A DNA stretch of 64,000 nucleotides from an uncultured delta proteobacterium. GTDB lineage: Bacteria; Desulfobacterota; Desulfobacteria; Desulfobacterales; QNYZ01. The translations under genes were made by a program, and so were the position numbers. The DNA lies in contig CAWJQU010000002.1 in assembly GCA_963845145.1 (NCBI GenBank), positions 320,001-384,000 on the forward strand, read 5' to 3'. Of the stretch, positions 19,560 through 29,189 are shown in pieces. The notes beneath the pieces were generated by a model, which saw only the letters and a program-made list of their open reading frames with translations, was not told the DNA's origin and searched no databases. Each line of letters opens with the position of its first letter. Position 1 is the first letter of the stretch.

Positions 19560-20375
19560 TTATAGGGTCAACTCACCCTTGAGGTTCATGACAATTCGTT
19601 GCGGATCATTTAAATCGATCCAATCGATCGTCTCCGTGGTCCGACGTGCGTTGAAATGGGTCAGTAATCGCGTTAGTACTTCATATTTAGCTGAATAGTC
19701 CCTGTATCCCAGCCGAATCATTAGGGGCTGATCAAAGGCAACCAGGGTCAGTCCAATCTCCCGATCCACATTCACGGTTTTCAAATAACGATTGGGAATC
19801 ACGCTACCGGGTTCACCACCCAGGCGCAAAACCGCCAACACCGAGCCAAACGACCGGTCGTTGGGTGGGCCGGAGAGGGTTAGATCCGTGAAGGATAACC
19901 CATGAATAAGCGGATAATTGGATTCATCCAGCGCGTCGGCTTTTTTAAAAATATCACCCTCATGGTTGATAACGAATTTTCGCCCGAGATCGACGACTGC
20001 CAGGGGCACCTGCTCTGTGACAGTCAATTCCAGTGCATCCGGGAACCGTCTTCTAATACTGACATCGGAAATCCAGGGATGAGCCCTTAATCGTTTCCGG
20101 GTCAGGGACAGATTTACGGATAGAATATTGACACCTTTTTTTAGAAGGGATTTAGTCAGCACCTCGGATTCGGACAATCGGTTTAAACCGTTGATCTGGA
20201 TCGTCGCTGCTCCGAATAGCGGCGAACGCGTCAAAAAATCATGGCCCGTTACCATGACAAAACTGAGCACGGCCATTCCAAACACCCCGATTACAACATA
20301 GACGCTCCGACCCAGATATTCGGTAAAATGTTGTGACCGTTTCGCTCGGCGGCTTTTAAACCGATTTTGGCGCAT
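19560..20375 (-). CDS. ftsQ: Cell division protein FtsQ/DivIB
   Basis: Basic N-tail, one TM, POTRA (HPWISDVSIRRRFPD), IDL near C-terminus; upstream of ftsA. Confidence 0.88.
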   Translation of the reverse strand: MRQNRFKSRRAKRSQHFTEYLGRSVYVVIGVFGMAVLSFVMVTGHDFLTRSPLFGAATIQINGLNRLSESEVLTKSLLKKGVNILSVNLSLTRKRLRAHPWISDVSIRRRFPDALELTVTEQVPLAVVDLGRKFVINHEGDIFKKADALDESNYPLIHGLSFTDLTLSGPPNDRSFGSVLAVLRLGGEPGSVIPNRYLKTVNVDREIGLTLVAFDQPLMIRLGYRDYSAKYEVLTRLLTHFNARRTTETIDWIDLNDPQRIVMNLKGELTL

Positions 20376-21375
20376 GATTCGAGTCTCCTACAATGACCAC
20401 TTCCGGCTCCAGCCGAACACCAAAATGATCGGCCACGCGGGCTTGGACGCACTTTGCCAAGGCAAGGATATCCGCCGCCCGGGCATTTTTTCGATTAATG
20501 ATAAAATTGGCATGACGCGTCGAAATGATTGCGCCGCCCACCTGTTTTCCTTTTAGACCGGCTTTATCGATCAATTCACCGGCGGATGGGCCTGTTGCCG
20601 GATTTTTAAAAAAACAGCCGGCACTTGAAACACCGGTTGGTTGGCGCAATTTACGGTCTTTTTTGATTTCGACGCCCTTTTTTTCCAACAGCTGCGAATC
20701 CATTCGTTCCAGATGAAAGGTTCCTTCGACGATAATGCCCGAATGCGGAGCCAACCCCCCATTGATGGCAGGCAGACGCATTCGGCGATACCCAAAATCA
20801 ATCTCTCGCCGGTGAATTCGCCGCACTTGCCCGGTGGGCCACAACACCGTAATGGCCTCCAGAACATTCGCCATACAACTTTGGGCGGCACCGGCATTCA
20901 TCGCGAGCGCCCCACCCACCGAAGCAGGGATCCCCAAAGCAAAGGTCATATCTCCCCATCCCCTGTCGATAGTGTAACGACACAACGACGGCAAACGTGT
21001 ACCCGCCTTGGCTACTAATTTTGGACGGCCGGCATCATCCTCACTCGCAGTAATCCCCTTAAAGTGGGGCGTTAATGCAATGACGACCCCCCGAATACCG
21101 CCATCACGAACCAGTAAATTACTGCCCCCGCCCACAACCAACCAAGGGATTTCTCTTTCTTGAATCCATGCGAACAATTTCCCCAAAACCTCGATATTGT
21201 GCGGCATCGCCACCGCGTCGGCCGGGCCACCGACAGCCAGGGTCGTGTAGCGCCGCATGGGCACATCGAATCGAATGCGGTCATCCAAAAGAGAGCGCAG
21301 TTCATTTTTTTCATTGGTGTTCAAGCCACGAACGACAGTGGGCTCGTCATATGAAACGGCGCAGCTCATCATCAT
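20356..21375 (-). CDS. murB: UDP-N-acetylmuramate dehydrogenase (true start may be TTG 21324)
   Basis: VGGPAD, GGGSNLL, MNAGA, SAGCFFKNP, HANFIIN, LEPEV. Confidence 0.95.
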   Translation of the reverse strand: MMMSCAVSYDEPTVVRGLNTNEKNELRSLLDDRIRFDVPMRRYTTLAVGGPADAVAMPHNIEVLGKLFAWIQEREIPWLVVGGGSNLLVRDGGIRGVVIALTPHFKGITASEDDAGRPKLVAKAGTRLPSLCRYTIDRGWGDMTFALGIPASVGGALAMNAGAAQSCMANVLEAITVLWPTGQVRRIHRREIDFGYRRMRLPAINGGLAPHSGIIVEGTFHLERMDSQLLEKKGVEIKKDRKLRQPTGVSSAGCFFKNPATGPSAGELIDKAGLKGKQVGGAIISTRHANFIINRKNARAADILALAKCVQARVADHFGVRLEPEVVIVGDSNHAPKSV

Positions 21376-22742
21376 GACACCCTTTCCAACAGCATCTCGC
21401 CGACGCGGTACACATCACCCGCTCCCAGGGTCACAACCAGATCGCCCGGGGTCAGGATATCGATTAAGTAGCGCACCGCCCCTTCCTTATTCATGGCATA
21501 TCGGGCATCCTTATGCCCGTGTCGCTGAATTTCTTCGTAAAGCCTTTTGCCTGTCACGCCTTCGATCACCTCTTCGCTGGCAGCGTAAATGGGCAACACA
21601 ATCAACACGTCGGATTGATAAAAAGAGCGTACGAATTCGTCAAATAGCGCTTGGGTCCGGGTATAGCGGTGGGGTTGAAAAACCACCACAATGCGTCGGT
21701 CTGCCCAGCTCTTTCGGACTGCGGCCAACGTGGTTTGGATTTCCGAGGGGTGGTGGCCGTAGTCGTCCACGACGGTGATACCATTGCTTTCACCTTTTAT
21801 CTCGAGACGACGACCCACACCGGGAACGGTTTCAAGCGCCTTCTTGATATGATCGAAACCGACATCCAATTCGAGCCCTACGGCAATACCGGCTAAGGCA
21901 TTAAGGACATTGTGTTCGCCCGCCCGGTTGAGCAGGATCTGCCCCAGTGCGCCTTCGGGACCGCTCACGGTAAAACGGGTTTTTAAGCCCTCGAATTGAA
22001 TATCCGTTGCTTTCAGATCAGCCTGGTTGCTTAATCCGTAAGTGATAAACCTTTTTTTTATCTGCGGAATCACGTCCTGAACCGCGGGATTATCCAGACA
22101 TAAAATAGCCAACCCATAAAAAGGGATACGATCGATAAATGTTAAAAAGGCGGATTTGATCGCATCTAAGTCTTTATAAAAATCGAGGTGTTCCCGGTCG
22201 ATATTGGTCACTACGGCCAAAGTCGGTGAAAACTTGAGAAAGGAACCGTCGCTTTCGTCCGCTTCGGCCACGATAAAATCACCTCGTCCCAATACGGCAT
22301 TGGTACCGAGGCCCATCAATTTTCCACCGATCACCACGGTTGGGTCCAGATTACCAGCCGCCAAAATCGCCGCAACCAGCGACGTCGTGGAGGTCTTGCC
22401 GTGGGCGCCGGCAATGGCTACGCTGTATTTCAACCGCATCAATTCCGCCAGCATTTCCGCCCGTGGAATAACGGGAACGGCATTTTGCCTAGCCGCCAAT
22501 ACTTCCGGGTTGTCGTCTGCCACAGCCGAAGAGGTTACCACCACGTCGGCCCCTTCGATCTGGGGCGCCGCATGGCCCTGGTAAATGATGCCACCCAACT
22601 GCGACAGATTTTCGGTAATCTCCGTGGCAGCCAGATCCGATCCGGAAACACGATAACCAAGATTCAACAGCAATTCGGCAATTCCGCTCATACCGATGCC
22701 GCCGATGCCAACAAAGTGAATGTGGTATTTTTGTTGATACAT
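21372..22742 (-). CDS. murC: UDP-N-acetylmuramate--L-alanine ligase
   Basis: HFVGIGGIGMSG, GAHGKTST, EADESD, DDYGHHP, FQPHRY. Confidence 0.97.
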   Translation of the reverse strand: MYQQKYHIHFVGIGGIGMSGIAELLLNLGYRVSGSDLAATEITENLSQLGGIIYQGHAAPQIEGADVVVTSSAVADDNPEVLAARQNAVPVIPRAEMLAELMRLKYSVAIAGAHGKTSTTSLVAAILAAGNLDPTVVIGGKLMGLGTNAVLGRGDFIVAEADESDGSFLKFSPTLAVVTNIDREHLDFYKDLDAIKSAFLTFIDRIPFYGLAILCLDNPAVQDVIPQIKKRFITYGLSNQADLKATDIQFEGLKTRFTVSGPEGALGQILLNRAGEHNVLNALAGIAVGLELDVGFDHIKKALETVPGVGRRLEIKGESNGITVVDDYGHHPSEIQTTLAAVRKSWADRRIVVVFQPHRYTRTQALFDEFVRSFYQSDVLIVLPIYAASEEVIEGVTGKRLYEEIQRHGHKDARYAMNKEGAVRYLIDILTPGDLVVTLGAGDVYRVGEMLLERVS

Positions 22743-22764
22743 AAGTGGTTAAAACCTTGCCCCA

Positions 22765-22807
22765 GTTAATTAAAACCGGGTAATTAAAACCGGTTAATTA
22801 AAAACCG
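22765..22807. repeat. Three tandem copies of a 14-15 bp AT-rich unit
   Basis: GTTAATTAAAACCG / GGTAATTAAAACCG / GTTAATTAAAAACCG. Confidence 0.8.
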
Positions 22808-23958
22808 CAGGTCCTGCGACGCCAGCGCCACCCCGTTAACCATAAAAAAAATAGTGCCAACCGGTTTTTTTGGGCCAGTACCGTCAAGCAATCGTCAACA
22901 ATATTCATGGCCGCATCGGGATGCCCAAAAGTACGCACGCGGTGGGCCATGTAGCTCAAGGCCTGACGATGGGCAAGATAGTATTGAATCAGGCGGGCCA
23001 ATGCGTTGCCGGTCAGGTCTTTTTCGAGAACCATCCCCGCCGCCCCCTCTTTAACCAATTGTCGTGCATTTAATTCCTGATGGTTTTCCGTAGCGAACGG
23101 ATACGGGATGAAAATACATGCTTTACCAAGTAGAGCGGCTTCGGCAACAGTGGTCGCACCGGCTCGACAGATCAGCAAATCCGCTTGAGCATACTGAGCA
23201 CCGATATCGTCGAAAAACGCCTTTACCCGACAGTTAACCCCATGTCTTGTGTAGGCCGCCTCAAGGTCCTGTTTATCATCCAACCCGGTCTGGTGAATAA
23301 AATATAGTCTATCATCGTCTTTCAGTTCTTCGAGGGCCGCCACAATGGCCTGATTGATGGCGTGGGCACCCTGACTGCCGCCCAACACCAAAACCGTGAA
23401 CCGATTGGGGTCTCGCATGGTTTCAGCAGTTGAAGTCAATTCTCCCGAAGGTTGTACCTCCCGTCTCACCGGATTACCGAACACGCGAATCTTTTTTGGA
23501 TCGCCTGGCATCCGTGTCCGTTCAAAAGAGACATAGATACGCGAGGCCAACTTGGCCACCAGACGATTGGTCATTCCGGGCAGCATGTTTTGTTCGTGAA
23601 TCACCACCCGAATGCCCATTAACCACGCACCGACGGCCACGGGCGCGGCCGAGTACCCGCCGACCCCCACCACCAGGTTCGCTTTAAAGCGCCTGATTTT
23701 TCTAGTGGCCAGATAAACCGACCACGGAAAAACAACCAGGGCCGCCAGCTTGTCCCAAAGGCTTTTACCCTTAAATGGACGAACAAATATTGCTTCATGA
23801 TCAAATTTCCTTTCAGCTAGAATCGTCTTTTCAAAAAGACGATCGGTACCAATAAATAATATTTTACAACGGGTAATTTTGGCACAAAATCCTTCTGCAA
23901 TGGCAATACCGGGAAACAGATGCCCACCGGTACCGCCACCGGCGATGATCACACGCAT
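22798..23958 (-). CDS. murG: Undecaprenyl-PP-MurNAc-pentapeptide GlcNAc transferase
   Basis: IAGGGTGGHLFP, HEQN, GNPVR, GGSQGA, CRAGATT; start moved to ATG 23958. Confidence 0.95.
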   Translation of the reverse strand: MRVIIAGGGTGGHLFPGIAIAEGFCAKITRCKILFIGTDRLFEKTILAERKFDHEAIFVRPFKGKSLWDKLAALVVFPWSVYLATRKIRRFKANLVVGVGGYSAAPVAVGAWLMGIRVVIHEQNMLPGMTNRLVAKLASRIYVSFERTRMPGDPKKIRVFGNPVRREVQPSGELTSTAETMRDPNRFTVLVLGGSQGAHAINQAIVAALEELKDDDRLYFIHQTGLDDKQDLEAAYTRHGVNCRVKAFFDDIGAQYAQADLLICRAGATTVAEAALLGKACIFIPYPFATENHQELNARQLVKEGAAGMVLEKDLTGNALARLIQYYLAHRQALSYMAHRVRTFGHPDAAMNIVDDCLTVLAQKNRLALFFLWLTGWRWRRRTCGF

Positions 23959-24002
23959 CCGATCCGGGACCACGGGCGAATCGTTCTTTTCCGCGGTTTG
24001 CG

Positions 24003-25142
24003 CTATGTCTTGGCTCGAACCGATGATTGTCCTCCGATATTCATCAAAATACCCATAGAAACCATACTGATAAGCATCGATGTTCCCCCATAACTTAAGA
24101 AGGGCAACGGCAACCCCTTGGGGGGTAACAATCCAAGGGTAACGCCCATATTGACACACACTTGTAACGCGATGCCGGCCGTCAGTCCCATCGCTGCCAG
24201 GGAACCGAAGGAATCTGAACAATGGCGTGCGATGCCGATACCGCGCCAAACAATAACCGCGTATAACAATACAATAATGGTGACCCCTACCAGCCCAACC
24301 TCTTCACCAATAACCGAAAAAATGAAATCCGTATGGGGTTCGGGTAGAAAGAAAAGTTTTTGGTATCCATGGCCGAGCCCGGTCCCAACAATTCCACCGG
24401 TGCCAAAGGCCATTTGAGAGTGCACAACCTGATATCCCTGGTCAGAGGCGTAAGCCCATGGGTTTAAAAACCCGACCAGCCGAGCCAAGCGGTAGGGTGC
24501 ACTGATCAGAAAATAGATCAGCGCCGCCAGTATGGCCGGCAATGGCAACAATAGATGGGGAATACGCACACCGGCGGTGAACATCATGATCCAGGTCAGC
24601 ATGGTTAAAATGACCACAGAGCCAAAATCGGGCTCCATCCCGACCAACACGACCAAGACCGAAAGTACGATCACGTGAGGTACAAAGCCGATGGTAAAAA
24701 CATCCAACTTGGCCTGTTTTTTGGTCAGGGAGTAAGCAAGGTAAAGGACCAGAATCAGACGGGCCAGCTCAGACGGCTGAAATGTCCACCCCAGGAGTCC
24801 CAACCACCGGGTGGAACCACCGGCGGTAACGCCAAGCCCCGGCATCAGAACCAGAACCAAAAGCGCTATGGCCATCAAAAGCAGCGGATAAATGATGTAT
24901 CTAAAAAACCGATAGGGAAAATGGCGACCGGCAATCATGGCAACGATTCCAAACAGGGAAAAAAGCGCCTGACGTTTAAGATAAAAATAACCATGACCGT
25001 AAACCTTTAACGACAAAGCGGAACTGGCGCTGTAAACCATCACAATCCCGAACCCAACCAGCGCTAATACGGGAAAAAGCAAGGCGCTGTCATAGGTCCA
25101 GTTGTTTTTGATCTTTGTTTTGGTTTTTTTTGAAACCGTCAT
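24003..25142 (-). CDS. ftsW: SEDS family peptidoglycan polymerase FtsW
   Basis: MVYSAS, FQPSE, LPEPHTDFIF, LPFLSYGG. Confidence 0.95.
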   Translation of the reverse strand: MTVSKKTKTKIKNNWTYDSALLFPVLALVGFGIVMVYSASSALSLKVYGHGYFYLKRQALFSLFGIVAMIAGRHFPYRFFRYIIYPLLLMAIALLVLVLMPGLGVTAGGSTRWLGLLGWTFQPSELARLILVLYLAYSLTKKQAKLDVFTIGFVPHVIVLSVLVVLVGMEPDFGSVVILTMLTWIMMFTAGVRIPHLLLPLPAILAALIYFLISAPYRLARLVGFLNPWAYASDQGYQVVHSQMAFGTGGIVGTGLGHGYQKLFFLPEPHTDFIFSVIGEEVGLVGVTIIVLLYAVIVWRGIGIARHCSDSFGSLAAMGLTAGIALQVCVNMGVTLGLLPPKGLPLPFLSYGGTSMLISMVSMGILMNIGGQSSVRAKT

Positions 25143-26500
25143 GTCAACAGCTCTACGTTTCGTCGGAAATCATTCCCGCGGTCGGCATAATTCTCGTACT
25201 GATCGAAACTGGCGCATCCGGGAGATAACAGGACAACATCCCCGGGCGTGGCGATGCCATGGGCTGCCCGCACGGCTGCGGCCATATCCACAACTGATTC
25301 TAAAGCGACCGTCGACCCCAATGCTTTGGCGATCACGTCCGCCGCTTCGCCCAGAACGATCAATTTTTTCACCTTTTTAGCAGCCATCGGTGCCAACGAC
25401 GCAAAATCGCCGCCTTTGTCCTGTCCGCCCATGATCAGGATAACCGTCTCAAAGGAGGACAGTGCTTTTAAAACGGCATGCACATTGGTCCCCTTGGAAT
25501 CGTTGATGTACAAAACGCCTCTGACGTTTTTAACCGGCTCCGTGCGATGCGGCAGACCATCAAACTCATCTAAAGCCTGGTATATGCCTTCCACGGTCCC
25601 ACCAGCGGCCAGAGTGGCCAGGCTAGCCGCGGCAATATTTTCATGGTGGTGATCACCGATAAGCCGGCTACGGCTCAAATCGATCCATTGTTCCCGGCCG
25701 TTTTGACGAATCAAAATGGTCTGACTGGTGATTGCGGCACCGTCGCTAAAATCAGCCGGAGCCTGGCCATATCCATAAAAGGGAACCTTTTTGGCTGGAC
25801 ATTGATCCACTATTTGAGCAACCACGTCATCACCACCATTGTAAACGACCGTATCCGTAAGCCCCTGGTTTTTCAGCAACCGCCCCTTGGACTGTGCATA
25901 AGCATCAAAATTCACATATCGATCCAGATGGTCCGGTGTAATATTCAATAACACCGATACATACGGCCGAAATGTATCGATGGTATCAAGCTGGAAACTG
26001 CTGACTTCAGCCACTACAACATCGGCCGGTTTATCCAGGTCCGGATAAAGCACCAAGGGGCGCCCGATATTACCACCCACAAAAACGCGGCGGCCTGACG
26101 CTTTCAACATTTCACCGATCAGAGACGTGGTGGTGGTCTTTCCATTGGTGCCGGTCACCGCGACAATCGGCTCGGTGATAAATCTGCCGGCCAGTTCAAG
26201 TTCCCCCAAGACCGGAATCCCCAAGGCCCTGGCCCGTTCAACGGGTGCCATTGTATGGGGCACACCGGGGCTTAAACAGATCAGGTCCGCTTTTTCAAAT
26301 AATTCAGTTGGATGCCCTCCCAACACGGTTTTAATTCCTCTTTTTCGAAGCCGGTTATGGATACTTTTCAAATGGGGGCTATCGGCGGCATCGTTTACCG
26401 TGACGTGGGCACCCCGGTTTTTTAAAAACCGTACGCTTGCCTCGCCCGACATTCCGAGTCCGACTACCAGCACCTTTTTATTGGTAAGCTCCATGTCCAT
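25139..26500 (-). CDS. murD: UDP-MurNAc-L-Ala--D-Glu ligase
   Basis: TGTNGKTTT, EVSSFQL, PDHLDRY, NDSKGTN, LSPGCASFD. Confidence 0.97.
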   Translation of the reverse strand: MDMELTNKKVLVVGLGMSGEASVRFLKNRGAHVTVNDAADSPHLKSIHNRLRKRGIKTVLGGHPTELFEKADLICLSPGVPHTMAPVERARALGIPVLGELELAGRFITEPIVAVTGTNGKTTTTSLIGEMLKASGRRVFVGGNIGRPLVLYPDLDKPADVVVAEVSSFQLDTIDTFRPYVSVLLNITPDHLDRYVNFDAYAQSKGRLLKNQGLTDTVVYNGGDDVVAQIVDQCPAKKVPFYGYGQAPADFSDGAAITSQTILIRQNGREQWIDLSRSRLIGDHHHENIAAASLATLAAGGTVEGIYQALDEFDGLPHRTEPVKNVRGVLYINDSKGTNVHAVLKALSSFETVILIMGGQDKGGDFASLAPMAAKKVKKLIVLGEAADVIAKALGSTVALESVVDMAAAVRAAHGIATPGDVVLLSPGCASFDQYENYADRGNDFRRNVELLT

Positions 26501-26540
26501 CTTTAATTTTCCGATGCCATGGTTAGCGATCCGAGCACCG

Positions 26541-27620
26541 TCATCGTAGTTTCAATGTACTGAGCGATATCAATGCCAATCCGATGGAAATGATCCAGAA
26601 TCGAACGATCACTTTCGGCTCAGCCCAGCCCTTTAATTCAAAATGGTGATGGAGCGGTGCCATTTTGAAAATCCGTTTGCCTTTGCTCACCTTGAAATAC
26701 CCGACCTGCAAAATCACCGACAGCGCTTCGATAACAAACAAACCGCCCACCAAAACTAAAAGGATTTCCTGCTTGGTGATAACAGCGGCCGTACCCAGCA
26801 GGGCCCCCAGGGGAAGTGACCCCACATCCCCCATGAAAATTTGCGCCGGGTAGGCATTAAACCATAAAAAGCCAAGCCCGGCTCCGGCCACGCAACCACA
26901 AAAAATAGCCAGTTCGCCGGCGCCGGCCACATAGTAGACCTGTAAATACTCGGCAATCTTTACGTTTCCGGAAACATAGGCAAAAGCCATATACGTACCA
27001 GCGGCGATAATAACCGGCCCGATGGCCAGACCGTCCAGGCCATCCGTCAAGTTGACGGCGTTGGATGTCCCGACGATAACCAGTGCAGCAAAAACGATAT
27101 AGCCGATGCCCAAATCAGGTGAAAATTGTTTAAAAAAGGGAACGGTCACCTGGGTGGAAAAATCAGAACTGCCGTAAATCCAAATGCCTGCGGCAAACGC
27201 CAACAAGAATTGAAGTGAAAATTTGGCCCAGGCCGTCAAACCCAGATTGCGTTTTTTAATCTGTTTCAAATAATCGTCCATAAATCCGATACCGCCAAAC
27301 CCGATGACGACAAACAGGACAATCCAGACGAAACCATTGGTTAAATCAGCCCATAAAAGGACAGCCGCCACAACGGCGGTAATGATTAATCCGCCGCCCA
27401 TTGTCGGTGTGCCTTGCTTGGGCAGGTGCGACTCGGGGCCATTGTGCTGAATATATTGTCCAACCTGAAGTGCACTGAGCTTTCGAATCACCCAGGGCCC
27501 TAAAACAAAACAGACCAAAAAGGCCGTCACCGTGGCATAAATCGTTCGAAAGGTGATGTAGCGAAAGACATTGAATGCCGACCAGGTCGTATGTAATGGG
27601 TATAATAAGTGATAAAGCAT
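26541..27620 (-). CDS. mraY: Phospho-MurNAc-pentapeptide transferase
   Basis: [34 protein letters not shown]. Confidence 0.98.
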   Translation of the reverse strand: MLYHLLYPLHTTWSAFNVFRYITFRTIYATVTAFLVCFVLGPWVIRKLSALQVGQYIQHNGPESHLPKQGTPTMGGGLIITAVVAAVLLWADLTNGFVWIVLFVVIGFGGIGFMDDYLKQIKKRNLGLTAWAKFSLQFLLAFAAGIWIYGSSDFSTQVTVPFFKQFSPDLGIGYIVFAALVIVGTSNAVNLTDGLDGLAIGPVIIAAGTYMAFAYVSGNVKIAEYLQVYYVAGAGELAIFCGCVAGAGLGFLWFNAYPAQIFMGDVGSLPLGALLGTAAVITKQEILLVLVGGLFVIEALSVILQVGYFKVSKGKRIFKMAPLHHHFELKGWAEPKVIVRFWIISIGLALISLSTLKLR

Positions 27621-27673
27621 ATTTTTCGTCTATTCAGGTCGAATGGTTATAAGTGTGCAACCGGTCCGTCGGA

Positions 27674-29131
27674 CTATCTCAAAGCTTCAATTTGCTTGTC
27701 ACGATCTTCATTTTCATCACTGGAATAAAAAGCCCATTGTTTAATCGGTTCCACAATCTTTTCCATGGCCGACCCCCGCGAACCTTTTACAAGTAGGCGG
27801 TCGCCCGCCTTTAGCTCTTTTTTCAGGGTTTCGATTATGGCTTCTTTTTCCCCGGTGAAGACATTGCCCCTAGCCATTCCGCCTGCCAAGGCACCCTTGG
27901 CGACAAATGGGGCATGGGGTCCGGTCGCGTACAACCGGGAAATGGCCGTGCGTCCGGCCAGTTCCCCAATCTCGTAGTGCAGCCGGTCGGTGTTATCGCC
28001 TAATTCGAGCATGTCACCCACCACCAGTATTGAACGATCGCTTCCCGCCAGCGTGGCCAGAGTGCGGATGGCCGCCGCCATGGAGCCAGGGTTGGCGTTG
28101 TACGTATCGTCGACAATGGTCACATCCCGATCCGTGGTGATAATATTCATACGGCCTGAAACCGGGCGAAAACGGGCCAGACCCATCTGAATTGCCTCGC
28201 CGGACAGACCGGCCGCATAGCCTGCCGCGGCTGCCGCCAGGGCGTTGTGCACCATAAATCGCCCAGCTGCAGGTAGATTCACCCTCACCTGAGATTCCGG
28301 CATCCTCAATGTAAAATCGATATGTTGGTCGGTTTCTTCAATTGAATGACCTCGAATATCGGCCTTTTTCGACTCACCGAAAAAAAGCACTTTTTTGTCG
28401 GTCTTTGTGCCCAACCGCGCCAGGTAAGGATCATCCCGATTGAGGATGATGGCCCCCCCGGACTCGATATTCTCCAGAATCTCGGCTTTGGCCTTGAGCA
28501 CGCCTTCAATAGACCCCACGCCTTCCAGGTGACACGGGCCGATGTTAGTGATCACACCAATATTTGGGCGACAGATAGCCGACAACCGTCGAATCTCCCC
28601 AAAGTGGTTCATGCCCATCTCAAGCACGACCCATTGATGCTGCGGTCCGAGTTTGAGCAGGGTCAGTGGAAGCCCGATGTTGTTATTGTAGCTCCCCCGG
28701 CTCGCCAGGGTGTCAAATTGCCCTTCGAAAATGGTTGCGACCAAACGGCGTGTCGTGGTCTTACCGTTCGATCCGGTAATACCCACAACATTTGCTTTGC
28801 CGCGGGATCGCTGATAGGCGGCCAGATCGCCCAGAGCGCGAATCGTATTTTGTACCGCCACCCAGGTCAGGTCGGGATTATCGGCTCGAACCCCTTGCAG
28901 TTTATCGGCTTTGGCCTGGTCCATGACCACACCCTGAACCCCTTGTCCAATCACCTCCGGAATAAACGCATGACCATCATGATTCTCGCCTTTAATCGCC
29001 ACAAACAGGTGGCCGGCTTTAACGACACGCGAATCAATCCCCACGGCACTGAAATTCGCCGATGCATCGCCACATAATGCCTTCCCCCCTGTGGCTTTCA
29101 GCACATCTTCCGTGGTGAGCGCTATAATCAT
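27674..29131 (-). CDS. murF: UDP-MurNAc-tripeptide--D-Ala-D-Ala ligase
   Basis: ITGSNGKTTT, LEMGMNHFGEI, DDTYNANPGS, GDMLELG, KGSRG. Confidence 0.97.
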   Translation of the reverse strand: MIIALTTEDVLKATGGKALCGDASANFSAVGIDSRVVKAGHLFVAIKGENHDGHAFIPEVIGQGVQGVVMDQAKADKLQGVRADNPDLTWVAVQNTIRALGDLAAYQRSRGKANVVGITGSNGKTTTRRLVATIFEGQFDTLASRGSYNNNIGLPLTLLKLGPQHQWVVLEMGMNHFGEIRRLSAICRPNIGVITNIGPCHLEGVGSIEGVLKAKAEILENIESGGAIILNRDDPYLARLGTKTDKKVLFFGESKKADIRGHSIEETDQHIDFTLRMPESQVRVNLPAAGRFMVHNALAAAAAGYAAGLSGEAIQMGLARFRPVSGRMNIITTDRDVTIVDDTYNANPGSMAAAIRTLATLAGSDRSILVVGDMLELGDNTDRLHYEIGELAGRTAISRLYATGPHAPFVAKGALAGGMARGNVFTGEKEAIIETLKKELKAGDRLLVKGSRGSAMEKIVEPIKQWAFYSSDENEDRDKQIEALR

Positions 29132-29189
29132 CCGTTAAAAACCCTTTTTCGAAATATTACCTGAATCAGTCCCGGCAAGAAAATTCTGC

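Noticed and set aside
22765..22807. Tandem repeats as a CRISPR array or iterons
   Set aside because: No spacers, units too short, and no cas or rep genes.
28346..29077. Long antisense ORFs in the track (for example 28346-29077, 9666-10325, 37478-38170, 45005-45604)
   Set aside because: Shadows of well-supported genes on the opposite strand, with no motifs of their own.
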